A stretch of 63,970 nt of DNA, counting the filler, from Porpidia crustulata (taxonomy: Eukaryota), in assembly GCA_964255105.1 (NCBI GenBank). It is 3 parts of 3 records of this genome, joined end to end, with 100 filler letters (N's around TTAATTAATTAA, not from the genome) between each part and the next. Parts side by side here need not be neighbours in the genome. Positions count along the whole stretch, not along the records: positions 43,921 to 63,970 come from CAXUWE010000128.1; 2 more parts are not named here. One strand, given 5' to 3'. The position numbers were made by a program, and so were the translations under genes. The notes below the pieces were generated by a model, which worked only from the letters and a program-made list of their open reading frames with translations, was not told the DNA's origin and searched no databases. Below are positions 53,301 through 63,970 of this stretch, piece after piece; within the stretch, counting starts at the first letter, position 1, and every line of letters begins with the position of its first letter.

Positions 53301-54753
53301 CTAGTGCTGTGTGGAAGATGCAGAAGAGGGGAGGGGAAACCATTTATTGTTCTTGTTGACAAACTTGAGATTGGGAGTCATTGGATTATCTGTCCCTGGG
53401 GATATTTGGAAAGCCAGATTATGACCATCAAGTGTCGTATTCGAATCCAAGAACCCTCCACCTGGGGCTGCCTCCTCATCTTCGTCAGAGTCAACACGTT
53501 GCCCAAAGCGTTCAGCCTCCATCACATCCTCCCCATCGTCAATGGCATACTCATCCTCGCTATCTTCCTCTTCATCCGAGGAGAACTCGGTCGAAGATGC
53601 CGCGTCATCGGCACGTTCGTATTCCGGAATTTGCGACAAATCGATCATTCGCATCCCGCCTTCTTCGTTCTCGCAATGGCAGTTACCAACAGTCTCATTG
53701 TCGGCTTCGATTTCCCACTGGCACTCGCCGCATCGCCAAACTCCGTCCTTGTCGTCAAATATAATGATGTCTCTCCTCGCCTTGATATCTTCTTTCTTCG
53801 GATCACACTCGGCACACACCCCGTTGACTTTATCTTTGCCGCACCCCTGACAAGTCTTGGGACAGCGGAGACAATCCCCCACAATATTCCACCCGCAGCT
53901 CTTGCAGAAGCTAAATACAATGATGTCTTTCTTCACCGTGCTCTCGTCTTTCTTTGAATTCTTTGTATCACACTCGGCGCAAACCCCACTGACTTTATCT
54001 GCGCCGCATCCCTGACAGGTTTTGGGGCAGTTGGAACAATCTCCGACAATAGTCCACCCGCAGGTCTTGCAAAAGCCACAGTGACCGTAGGGGCATTTGC
54101 CGTCAACAAACGCTTCTCCGCATTCACAAGTCCAGATCCCTCTTTCACTATTTTCATAGTCCCATTCAAAATACGCTTCGTAATCCGATAATTCATCGCC
54201 ATCGGCTTCCACCATGGAATCTGAAGTGTACTCCTCGCTAGAGGATGGAGCGTAGGCTGATTGCGAAGAGAGACTGTCGAGCTCCAGTGAGTCAGCTTCG
54301 TCTGTATCGACTGTCTCACTAGCTTCCTCATCATTTTTCTCAATGACTTCTTCATTCGCTTTCGCATTGGTCGCTTTTGCGTAGGCTTTGTCATCGGCTC
54401 TCTCCTGGCCTTCAGATGATTCCGCAGCCGCGGGAACTGGCCCAAAAGTATTAGAAGCGGGCTGAACCACGATATCGCTGGTAGTAGCAGACGTTATGGA
54501 TTTTGTCTTGCAGTGTTGTAACTGTTCCTTCGGTCAAACGTTCTGAGATTGGTATCATAGTAGACTGTAGCCACCGCGAGTCTCTAGCGTTGGCAATAAT
54601 CTGCAGAGCCTCGGTTTGCTGCTTCACAGCCGACCCACGAGCGCCAGTATAAGCACTCCAGACCTCTGTATCTGTGATGGTGGGGTCGTCGATATGCAGT
54701 TTTTCGTAGGCAGCTGTTAGAGTCAAAGGTATATCTTCAGATTGCTTCTCCAT
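53301..54753 (-). CDS. Protein with an N-terminal RPT-like helical repeat, acidic tracts and a duplicated 8-Cys (CxxC)x4 module; frameshift near 54503
   Basis: ORFs 54451-54753 and 53301-54470 overlap out of frame at an A4 run. Motif AAYEKLHI..SAY..ALQIIANARDS; two copies of FCKxCGWxIVGDCxxCPKTCQGCGxDKVxGVCAECD. Confidence 0.65.
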
Positions 54754-56540
54754 GGCGAAGCGTTGTTAAGATAATGGTGAAGGGTAATTAGGCTTGTGAT
54801 GTTGTGGGTACCTGTCGGAAAATTGGCCGGAATCGGGCGTAAAACCGCAAGTCAAGTCAAGTCAAACTGTGGAAATAGGTACAAGCTTTTACTACTGAAA
54901 TTGTAACGCCTGATAGCAATATACTGTGTTTTCAAACAAAAATTGTGTACATTTGCCGAAGGCTGAAGGAAGGATAAAGCGAGTTACAGACACTTATGGT
55001 ACGAAGAAATTGAACGGGGGATGCTCAAGGGGGTTTGTTTTGACGTCGCGCGAAGTGTTTATGAAGTAGTGACGATGCAGACGTGACGATGCGGGTAGCG
55101 AGATGTCGACCTGATTAATGGATCCCTGAAAGACTGATCTGAAGAATGAAAACTGAGTTAATCAATTCCCTCCTAATTATTGCACGCAGGTCCTGTCGAA
55201 GGATAGATTACCGCCCCCAACACCAGGTACCCCCAACCTGCATGTCGCCTCACCACAGTAGCAGGGTCCTAAAGCGCCACGGCGCTTAGCAGTCGCTCCC
55301 ATTTATTTTTGAATCTTGCGTTTCAGAGTAACCGCTTGTGGATAAATTGTCCGCTCACTCGTGAAATAGTCATTCCGCATCCTCTGCACAGGTCATCAAG
55401 CATGTGTACACATCATACCCCATTAGTGTTAGTTCTAAGATACGCTAGCAGGGATAAACCAGCTAGCTGTATGAATCCTAGACCAATATCAATTCCATCC
55501 CCGTTCGGGAAAAAGTCCTTTCCATTAAACACCGCCATACCTTCAGATATATGAACACCGCCGTCCTGGCAGCTGGCCTTCGTAGCAGTCACTGCTACTT
55601 CTAGCTATCTGCTTCTAGATGCGAGACCTGATAGGCATCCTCATCGTCGTCGCCGCTCTGTTAACTGGCATTGTTCTTTTTGTCATATGTTCGAAATCTC
55701 TTCGATATCGAAACTTTGGATTCTGTTCTATGTTATCAGTTATGTGATTTTCTAAGAATGAATTCAAATGCATTTTGTTTCTGCTTTGTCTTGATAAAAC
55801 ACCTTATCGAAAACGATTCAAAATTGTTTTAGCAGCGATTCTAAAAGTAATCTTGATTGCACTTCCTTACTTTTGTCAAATCCGGGGATTTCGGTTTTTA
55901 GATTTGATGTTTACGAATCTTCAACTCTTTCTTATCAATAGCCTCATCATCATAACAATCACAATAACTGCTTATGGCCAGTCTTACTCCCGTCTTCTTT
56001 AATCTCCCTTGCGCCATCGGTATATTCCTGTTCGTTTTCTTGAGAAAATTGGTCTCATGTCCTTCTCTGGCTTGGCATGAGAGGCGAGCGAAATCGCGAG
56101 AAAAAGATTCGATTCGGGAGATTTGGAAATTGATGAGCAGGCAGTACATTTGTAAACATCTCGGGTCAAGGAGACCAGCCTCAAACTGCAATTTATATGA
56201 TTCCTAAATTAAACATCCTTTGCAATACATCATTCGCGTGTTCTTTTAATGTTTCAAACGATTCATTGACACACTCCATACCTTGTGCTCAACTCCCTGC
56301 CTTGCGGTTGAAGAAAAAAATGACAGTGAGTCACGCCTAATCCACGCCAAAACAAATTCCATCTCTTTCTTCAACCGCGAGCGTGCTTTATTCTCTTCAC
56401 TTAGTACAGTCAACGATCAAAGCCAACCCATCGAGAAGGTTTTTCCTACGCGAGGGTCGTAGCTGGGCAGAAGTACATTAAAGCTGGCTCCCAAGGCTGG
56501 GTTCCAAGGATTGCTCGCGCTCCCTCATGCGGTGCATGGC

Positions 56541-56890
56541 CTAGTATTTGGCATGGATACTATAGATCAAGCAGCCAGCGGCAACATCTCCACCACGACC
56601 ATCATTGTATTTGCCTTCAGGATGTTTAGCTTATCTTCGTTCACAAAGGCCGAGAAACCTTCAGGACAAGACTCACAATTCTTCCACGCGTTATGTAAGA
56701 TATCAGCGCAATCAGTATTTGTCAACGGCGCGATCAGGTTGCATCCATTCGTAGGCGTGCAAGTATTCACAGAGGTAATCTTAATATCAAAGACGTCGTT
56801 CTGCTTATTCTCGCCAGGCGAGTAATCGAAGGCGAGATCAATTATTGCTTTAATCTCGGCGCGCGTAACGGCCATGACGGTATTGCAATC
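56541..56890 (-). pseudogene. Orphan C-terminal fragment of a secreted Cys-containing (glycoside-hydrolase-associated type) protein
   Basis: DCADILHNAWKNC, a GTGAGT..AAG intron, then NDGRGGDVAAGCLIYSIHAKY*. No room for an N-terminus, since it abuts the DUF6536 stop codon. Confidence 0.5.
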
Positions 56891-59586
56891 AGACATATGT
56901 TCGCCCTGGTACCGGGGGACCCACTAATTTGCTACTGAAATAACAATGTCCTATACCGTTCTTAGTACTTACCACTCCCCACTGCACCGGCAGAACAGCT
57001 GCGTCAACGTCATCAGGTGGACGATGACATGCAGCAGAGATAGCAGCACTACATGTAGAAGCAAGTGGTATCCCAGGCGGATATCGTCTGACAGCCATCG
57101 CCAAAGACCCCAAGACTATCATACTTCCCACCGCTGTCGCTAGCAGTATTGCTTCCGGTGAGTAGCCGCAACTCGAGATTACTCTCTCTTTCAGAATTTC
57201 TCGATCAAGATCGAGGATATCGATCTGAACAGTGAATAGGCTCTGAGATGCCAGCCAGCTCAACAAGTTGAAGAGTATGAGAAGTGGTATGGAGTATGTG
57301 TAGGGGAGCTGAAGCCAACATGTGCTTCGCTGTGCCCCCTTAGGCGAGGTGACTCGAAGCGTGCTTCGATGATGAGCGAATCGCATCCATTCACTACCTA
57401 TTAGAATTATCAGAACATTGAAGCATGACTCACCAGGGGGTTGTCAAAAGCCAATGTAGCAGTTCAACAGTGGCGTTTCGCTTGAGCACTTCAGTGGCCT
57501 TTGACATACCCCGGTGACTGAAAGACATGTTCTCACATACCAGCAAGCATACAGGTGAACAGACCATTGAACATCAGATATAGGTACGAGATGATGATTT
57601 GCGGCACATTTGCCAGTAGCGCAGTAAAAACGAAGGGCAGTGTCAAAGGGAGGATGTTGTTTCCAACAGGTTTTCCAATACCGATGCTCCATAGAGACTT
57701 CCAGCTCTCCGTAGGAACAGCCACTATCTGCATTATGATACCTGTAATCAAGAATTGAAAGAAACTTAGGACTTTGACTTAGCTTCATTACACTAAGACA
57801 GACCGATAATGTAAGAGAGGAAGAGACTGCGGTGGCGGAAGGACTTACATAACGAAGCAGAGAGCCCAGCGCTTCCGAGTCGCCGCACTTCCCCAATACC
57901 AGCGTTTTGGTTCCCACTGCTTGGAATTCATCGCCAAGAGGAGCTTCTCAGAGGATAGATTTAACCTGGACAAAGTTTTTGATGTATTGACTTCCCGATT
58001 CCACAGGAACTGTATGCGATCTGTCGGGTAAATGCTTAATCCACGAGTCGTGACATCCTCCTGATCCAGGAAGCTCTCTATCGCATCCCCTAATGTAATC
58101 AGTGCCTCATGTTTGTGCGTCTTGAATGTCATGAACATGCTAATGACCTTAACGAGATTACAGATGACGACTATAATTGCAAAGTACAGACTGAAGTGAA
58201 CTTGGCAATTCTGCTTAGCTTTCTCGCTCCAGCAATACTGGACGGTATTGCCGTAAGGCTTCCAATCATTGGGATCAGGTTTGCACGATGAATTATAGCC
58301 CGATGGGTAAGGGCACTTCTCGTCCGCCTCGTACGTCCATTCGTAGGAAGGGTAGGTAGTAGGGAGACTGAGATAGGGAAGGATACTCCAAGCTTTATAG
58401 TAGTCTGCGCCTGGACTGTCTTGCACCAGCAATAAATCACCTCTTGTGGACACATACTGCGTTGAATATGCTTGAATGCAATCCTGAGCATTCAATCTTT
58501 CAAAGCTTCTTGTTCTCTGAATCCTCTCCCGAAACTTTTTCGCAGTCTCGATGATATTGTTGTAGTCATTGGTTTGGAAAGAGAGATCCCGAAATTTACT
58601 GATATCATAATCTTCGCCGTTGAGAAAATCTTCCGATGCGGCCATTACAGTATAGACATTAGTTTGTGTTCTCAAGTAAGTTACGGAGTTATATCTGTGA
58701 GTATCAGTACAGCTTAAATAGTGCGCTCACAAAAATAGTCACGCACATCAAATGTAAAGGGAACGCGCTCAGTCCAAGACCCAGCCAGAGCAATTTACGG
58801 CCGGCACTTATGCCTCTTATGTTGTGGATTGACGACACTCCGATATGCAAGAAACGGCCCTTGGAGTGTGCTTTATTGACTTCTTCTCGAGTCGGTGAAT
58901 TCAAACACTGCATGCAGTAGTTACTCGCACCCAGAAGTACTGTACTCAGAATGTTTACTGTCAATTGTAGCCATGAGTTGATAGTCTTGGCCCTCGCACA
59001 GTCTCCACTGAAAAGCGTGCCAATACCATTGTCAATTGAATATGACGCAGCTGCGTATATTATCATGCTGCTGTTGACTGCTAGAACGACAAGAGCTGTG
59101 AAACAGCTAGCAAGTGCTCCAGCATACCAACCAGAAAAATATTTCTGCTTCCATGTTTTGCTTCGCTGTGCTATAGTTGTTGGTGGTGTGAAATCAAGAT
59201 ATCTAGTCTCATCCAAGATTGTATTTCGCTCGCTATTCGGAGGCGCAGAACCCTTCGAACGTTCAGAATTAGGGTTGGGAACAATGTGATGTGACAGACT
59301 GCTAGCCGAGGCATAATTATTGACCAAGGTCCGGGCGAGATTCGAACGGTCTAGATTATTCAGTCTTGCAAAGGAATCAGCTCTAAATCTTATCTCCTCT
59401 ACGTATACAACCAGAGAAAGAGCGATCAATCACATCACTTGCTAGAAAAAAGCTAGCTCACCTCAATTGCTCTCCCAGCTCCGATAATTCGATAGGTCCT
59501 GGTAAATGATCGGGAAGGGAGGCTAGAACTGAATTGATTCGAAGCCACATGTGAGGAGCTTCTATAGCAGATTGAGACTTTGGCAT
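56889..59586 (-). CDS. DUF6536-family multi-pass membrane protein; possibly disrupted
   Basis: NILSTVLLGASNYCMQCLNSPTREEVNKAH, PLHLIYNS, LITLGDAIESFL, LANVPQ, QRSTCWLQLPYTYS and SAAISAACH. Start inferred through an intron near 59365-59461. Confidence 0.85.
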
Positions 59587-60380
59587 AATGGCGATGATTG
59601 ACGACAGGTATGTGGATACCTCGAGAGCTTGAGGTACTTACCGAAGTGATATAGGTTCTTGAGACCATGTATATCTAGGATGGACGTGTTCTTTTTAAAG
59701 AGCCGTCAGGGACGATTTACTATACAAAAGAAGTAATGATCCTCATGGCTCATTTGCCTCAAACATATTTTAAGGCGTGACACTGCATGCATGAGTACAA
59801 TAAGCGCAGCATATACTCGTATTGTCGACGCAAGTACATATTAATTGGCGAGACGCGAATGGGGTGCACCCTGCCACGGATGCTTTGTCTTATGGCTTTT
59901 AACCGAAGGCCTCAAACACCACGGTTAGATATATGAAAAAGGGAGAGGTTATTAGCCCAAGGACAGCGGAGACAAAGTCGTGAATTGCCTCCTTTCTGCC
60001 ACACTCTGAATATTCCAGCACAAATAGTGCTTGCCGGTTTTGATGGCACTTGACGATAGTCGACGATTTGAGGTAAAGGCACAGCACCAACAGGTTTAAA
60101 GTCAGAGGGAATGCAATGCGGTTACTTCTATGGCTTATCTGAGATAGCCTCAACCGATGAATGCTGATTGGATTGGTAGATCAAGTGTAGAATTGATGAT
60201 ATTGTTGTTGATGTTGCTGCTAGAAGATAAAAAAGGAGAGTAAAATTTCTGCTAGCCTGATAGACAATGACAACAGATTTTACTGTATCAATCTACAGAC
60301 AAGATATACATACTAATTCGCTTTAAAATCAATGTCACCGCAGAACTTCACTTTTACTTATGTTTTAAAATAATAGGGGG

Positions 60381-60632
60381 GGATAGGCGAAGACTTATCC
60401 GCACTATATACCTGGACGCCCCGCCCACGCTTCGTCAACGGCTGAACGGCTGGGGCGCCGGCGCATAAAACCAGCCCCAGGCATCGCGCTAATTGATCGC
60501 CTTGCAAGTTGTGCGGTTGCCCAATAATGGTTCATTGGGCTCCGACCCACTGATCGTTTACCATTATTCTGGTAGGACAGTAAAGAGCGGGCGGCGACCA
60601 GATAAAGGCTAGCCGGATGCGGGCCGCACTAT
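60381..60632. other. GC-rich, hairpin-dense non-coding element (candidate structured RNA or small mobile element)
   Basis: Several local stems, a long-range closing stem and a flanking 9-bp direct repeat CCGCACTAT. Confidence 0.35.
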
Positions 60633-61304
60633 CACAAGCCGTAATTCACGTTAGACTTAGCTTATCAAAACTACATTCTCATCATCTTTGTCTTTTCCTT
60701 CTTTCATCATCGAGTCATTGCCTTTCCTTGAACTCAATTACTAGTCCATGATGAACAACGAAAGCGAGTGTTCAGCTCGTAAAGCCTGCCTCACGGACGA
60801 GATTAAGTAGGTTCAAGCTGGAGAAGTTCTGGCTATGGTTCATCTTTTGTCATCAGCGTATTGATTAGGTACGCGAGTCCCTGGGCTCGGAATACTTCCT
60901 TTGACATTTGCTACGCATAGGTGCTGTTTTAAAAATGGTATCTGATGTTTTTTCTATTTCTCTCTGGAACTTCGATGTGTGTTTCGCGATCGATGCATTC
61001 GCAGAGCGCTCGAAATTCAGGTGCTATCCTCGCAGATTTCATCTTCTAGAGCACTGATCGCGCTACTGCTTGATAAGTACCCCAGTACCTTGAGAGCAAG
61101 ATCTCTACAGATCCAAACCAGGTGATTCGCGGTGAATTCGACACCACTATGCCTGACCTCGGAAGGAAATCGATGATGATATTGTTACTATCAGGTCCAT
61201 GGGCAAATAATGTGTGTCTGCCATACTGATGAATTCGAAAGATAAGGCTATGTACTCATGTAAAACTGGTTTACACCCAAAGCTGATGAACCGTCCGCAT
61301 ATAT

Positions 61305-62204
61305 CTACTTGCACTTGCACCCCCAATGATCGCCCGTGGAACAAATACCGTTACCACCTTGACAGCTGCTGCTTGAGCACGAATCGGGCGTTTTTGGGCA
61401 TATGCTGTTGCAATTGCACCCTCGATAATCCCCGTCACTGCACCTCCCGTTGCCGCCGTTTGGGTTATTGAGGCCTTGACATCCATTTTTGTTGCACGCC
61501 CCGTTCTGCTTTCCACATGTCGAAGCACAACGGCAACCGAAAAAGTCACCGGCGGTACAGGAGCCGGTCCCAGTGGGACTGTTGATGCCATTGCATCCGT
61601 TCTTGTTGCATGCGCCATTGGTCGAGCCACATGCCGTCGCACATTTGCAGCCACTGTAGGCGCCGGCGAGGCAGACGCCGCTGCCAGAGCTGGGATCAGA
61701 GATACCACTGCAGCCGTTTTTGTTGCATCCTCCATTGGTTGGGCCGCAGGTACTTTTGCAGGGGCAGCCGTAATAATCGCCCGGGCCGCATTGACCGTCG
61801 CCGCTGGGGGAAGAAGTACCGCCGCACTTATCACACGAGGGCTTTGTAGGCGGGCATTGGGGGACACAGTCGCAGCCCACGTAGTCGCCGCCCGTGCACG
61901 TTCCAAGGAGGCCGCCGGGAACTAAGAAGCCAGCACAGCCGTTCTTGTTGCATGGGCCAGAGGAGCCACAGACGCTGGAGCAGAGAGACCCAGCACAGGC
62001 ACCTGCTTGACAGAGACCGGAGCTTTTGTCAACATATCTGTTGAGGCCGTGGCAGCTTGCGTCGCTGCAACGAGGAGATGTACCGCAGGCGGCCCGTTTC
62101 GAAAGAGTCGATGAGTCTTGAGACAGAGCTGCTGGGAACGATGAAGAGAGGGCGAAGGAGATAAGAGCGAGGATAGACAGGATTGAATGAGTGTGAAAAT
62201 GCAT
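61305..62204 (-). CDS. Secreted cysteine-rich protein with seven tandem 6-Cys modules
   Basis: Signal peptide MHFHTHSILSILALISFALS, Kex2-like LSKR, then seven C-x5/6-C-x2/4-C-xG...C-xxG-xxx-GC-x-C units; single exon, 299 aa. Confidence 0.85.
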   Translation of the reverse strand: MHFHTHSILSILALISFALSSSFPAALSQDSSTLSKRAACGTSPRCSDASCHGLNRYVDKSSGLCQAGACAGSLCSSVCGSSGPCNKNGCAGFLVPGGLLGTCTGGDYVGCDCVPQCPPTKPSCDKCGGTSSPSGDGQCGPGDYYGCPCKSTCGPTNGGCNKNGCSGISDPSSGSGVCLAGAYSGCKCATACGSTNGACNKNGCNGINSPTGTGSCTAGDFFGCRCASTCGKQNGACNKNGCQGLNNPNGGNGRCSDGDYRGCNCNSICPKTPDSCSSSSCQGGNGICSTGDHWGCKCK

Positions 62205-63377
62205 GATGAAATTGAAGTATATTCGAAGAAATTCGACAATAAGACCAATGATTGAATTGTGCGAGCGCGATTCTGGATAAAGTCCAATGAGGAAAGTGTA
62301 GATATAAAGAGATCCTCTGTTCGAAGTGTGTCTCATACCAACTAGTTCTCTTTACCTCGCTCAGGTTGGACTTGAGAGCTGTGCATGGGACAAAATTAGC
62401 AGGACCATCATGGCATTGCAGGGCCAGGCGCCACGAACAACGCCCTTTCTTGAAACGACTCCCCGGCAGAAAGACAGAATTCTAGCATCTAGACTCTGAC
62501 TATGAAGTACGTACTCTAGGTAAGCAGCGAAATGCAAATAAAGTCGGTCGGCATTGCCATTTGACATGGCCGCGACGTCGCAGATCCATCTTAGCATCAA
62601 GATGGTTTGGGTGCTTGAACAAACTCCGTCAGGGTTGGCACAGCCTCTTTGGCTAGCGCTTATCCAAAATATCTAAGCTTGCTGACTCGCTCCGAATGCC
62701 GGGTCTATTCAACCAATCATTGGCAGCAATACCTGAAAGGATAAGGAAATAAGCTTTTCACACGTGGAGATAAGTCACTAAGGTAGCGTAAGTGTAGATT
62801 AAAGTACATCCCACATCCTCAACTCCGCCGCATCCAACGCAACGCCATTCACACCAGCTGTTAACCTACATGAAATGGCCGATGGTACCAGCGAATCAAA
62901 ATCAAGGGAAATCGATCTCAATCAGCGACATCTGGCCTTGGCCGCTGTGGAGCTTGGACCAATTGACAACCTCACGTCGCTGTTTCTTGCCTTAACTTGC
63001 CACGCTTGTTAGTATCTCGAGACTGATGTTTCAGAGTCAGATGGCATCTAGATGTTTAGAAGTGAGATTTTACTTTCAGAATTGCTGGCTGAGTCGTTGT
63101 ACGAAGTCTGCGCTATTGTTCGCATTGGCCGACGGTTTCACTATGGATAAATGGAGATATCATCGCTGTGATGTTGCACCTGGATTACCTGCGCCAGCCT
63201 CAGTATCATTTCTGCCTCGTGTCTAGCTTTGATCATATAATTCCAGATTCATTCCTGTCGAAGCATCGTCAGTAGTCATTCCTTTCACTCCATTCCACTT
63301 GGACATTGGAGCTTCCTCATTCTTATCTCGGCAGCGTCAGATCTTCCTATTCACGTTGAAATCTTGCAATTTCGACC

Positions 63378-63970
63378 ATGATCCTCTCCATGGTCTACCT
63401 CTCCCAAGCCCCCCAATTCCAAACCAGCTGACGACCTCCCCAGACCCTCCTCGTCCCTACCATCTTCGCTCTCCACGTTCTCTCCGCCAGCATCCCCCTC
63501 ACTGACCTAACCAAACGCATCATCCCGAACGACTGGTACGTATGCTTATCCATCGACCCCAACGACCACAACACCGCCTCCTACTACAGCGCCGACATCC
63601 AAGCCGCCATCAACGCCGGCTACGACAACATCCAGAACCAGCGAACCACCCGCTCCCTCCACGGCAACGATTTCCCCCACACCTTCCACAACTATGAGAA
63701 CATCCTCACCCTCAACCGCCACTGTAACCCCGACGCCCTCGTCGAGTGGCCCATCGTCCAGGGCGGCGTCTTCCGCTCCGGCACCGACGAGGGCCCGGAC
63801 CGCGTCATCTTCGACGCCTGGACCGGTGCCTTCTGCGGCGTGTTGACCCACAGGGGCGAGAGCAATAATGGATTGCATCCGTGTCTGGGGCACAACGCGC
63901 CCGTGTTTGACCCGCCGCTCGCGCCGCCACTGATCCTGGCGCCGTTGCCCTGGATGGGCGGGCTGGGGAC
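63378..63970 (+). CDS. Secreted RNase T1/N1-family ribonuclease, 3' end outside the window
   Basis: Manual translation: MILSM|TLLVPTIFALHVLSA..TKR..YYSADIQAAINAGY..NDFPHTFHNYE..LVEWPI..GPDRVIF..FCGVLTHRGESNNGLHPC. Inferred intron 63393-63443; strong C-ending codon bias. Confidence 0.88.

Noticed and set aside
55560..56250. AT-rich stretch with broken ORFs (possible transposon relic)
   Set aside because: No transposase or RT motif and no terminal repeats recognised.
61271..61925. Ala-rich 211-aa and 149-aa ORFs
   Set aside because: Alternative-frame and antisense shadows of the Cys-rich repeat gene.
63546..63895. Minus-strand ORFs of 115 and 67 aa
   Set aside because: Antisense shadows of the RNase T1-family gene.
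1..63970. tRNA, rRNA, CRISPR arrays, telomeric repeats, or a Starship captain recombinase
   Set aside because: None recognised by eye; a covariance-model and profile scan would be needed to exclude them fully.

Overview
Intron-containing genomic DNA from a filamentous ascomycete (Pezizomycotina; a lichen-forming lineage is possible but not provable here). The window is three contigs joined by artificial 100-nt spacers (N44-TTAATTAATTAA-N44) at 21862-21961 and 43821-43920, so adjacency across them is not biological. Contig 1 (1-21861) is dense housekeeping DNA: an orphan disordered repeat protein, an AVT2-like transporter, a GPI-type aspartic protease, MES1, RUD3, GUK1, septin CDC10, MRPL32 and SKI8. 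Contig 2 (21962-43820) is accessory: a truncated multicopper oxidase, a frameshifted acidic protein with three zinc-binding repeats, a gamma-glutamyltranspeptidase, two secreted proteins, a broken HeLo-like/NACHT/ankyrin NLR and decayed repeats. Contig 3 (43921-63970) is also accessory. It holds a hydrolase-NACHT-WD40 NLR head-to-head with a stand-alone RibD/Rib2-type deaminase, followed by a fructosamine/ribulosamine kinase; this trio is the best candidate for an undescribed system. Contig 3 also has a MITE-like inverted repeat, an RPT-domain/Cys-rich protein, a DUF6536 membrane protein abutting an orphan gene fragment, a hairpin-rich non-coding island, a secreted protein of seven 6-Cys modules, and an RNase T1-family gene missed by the ORF track. 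All family calls come from motifs recognised by eye; no database searches were run.
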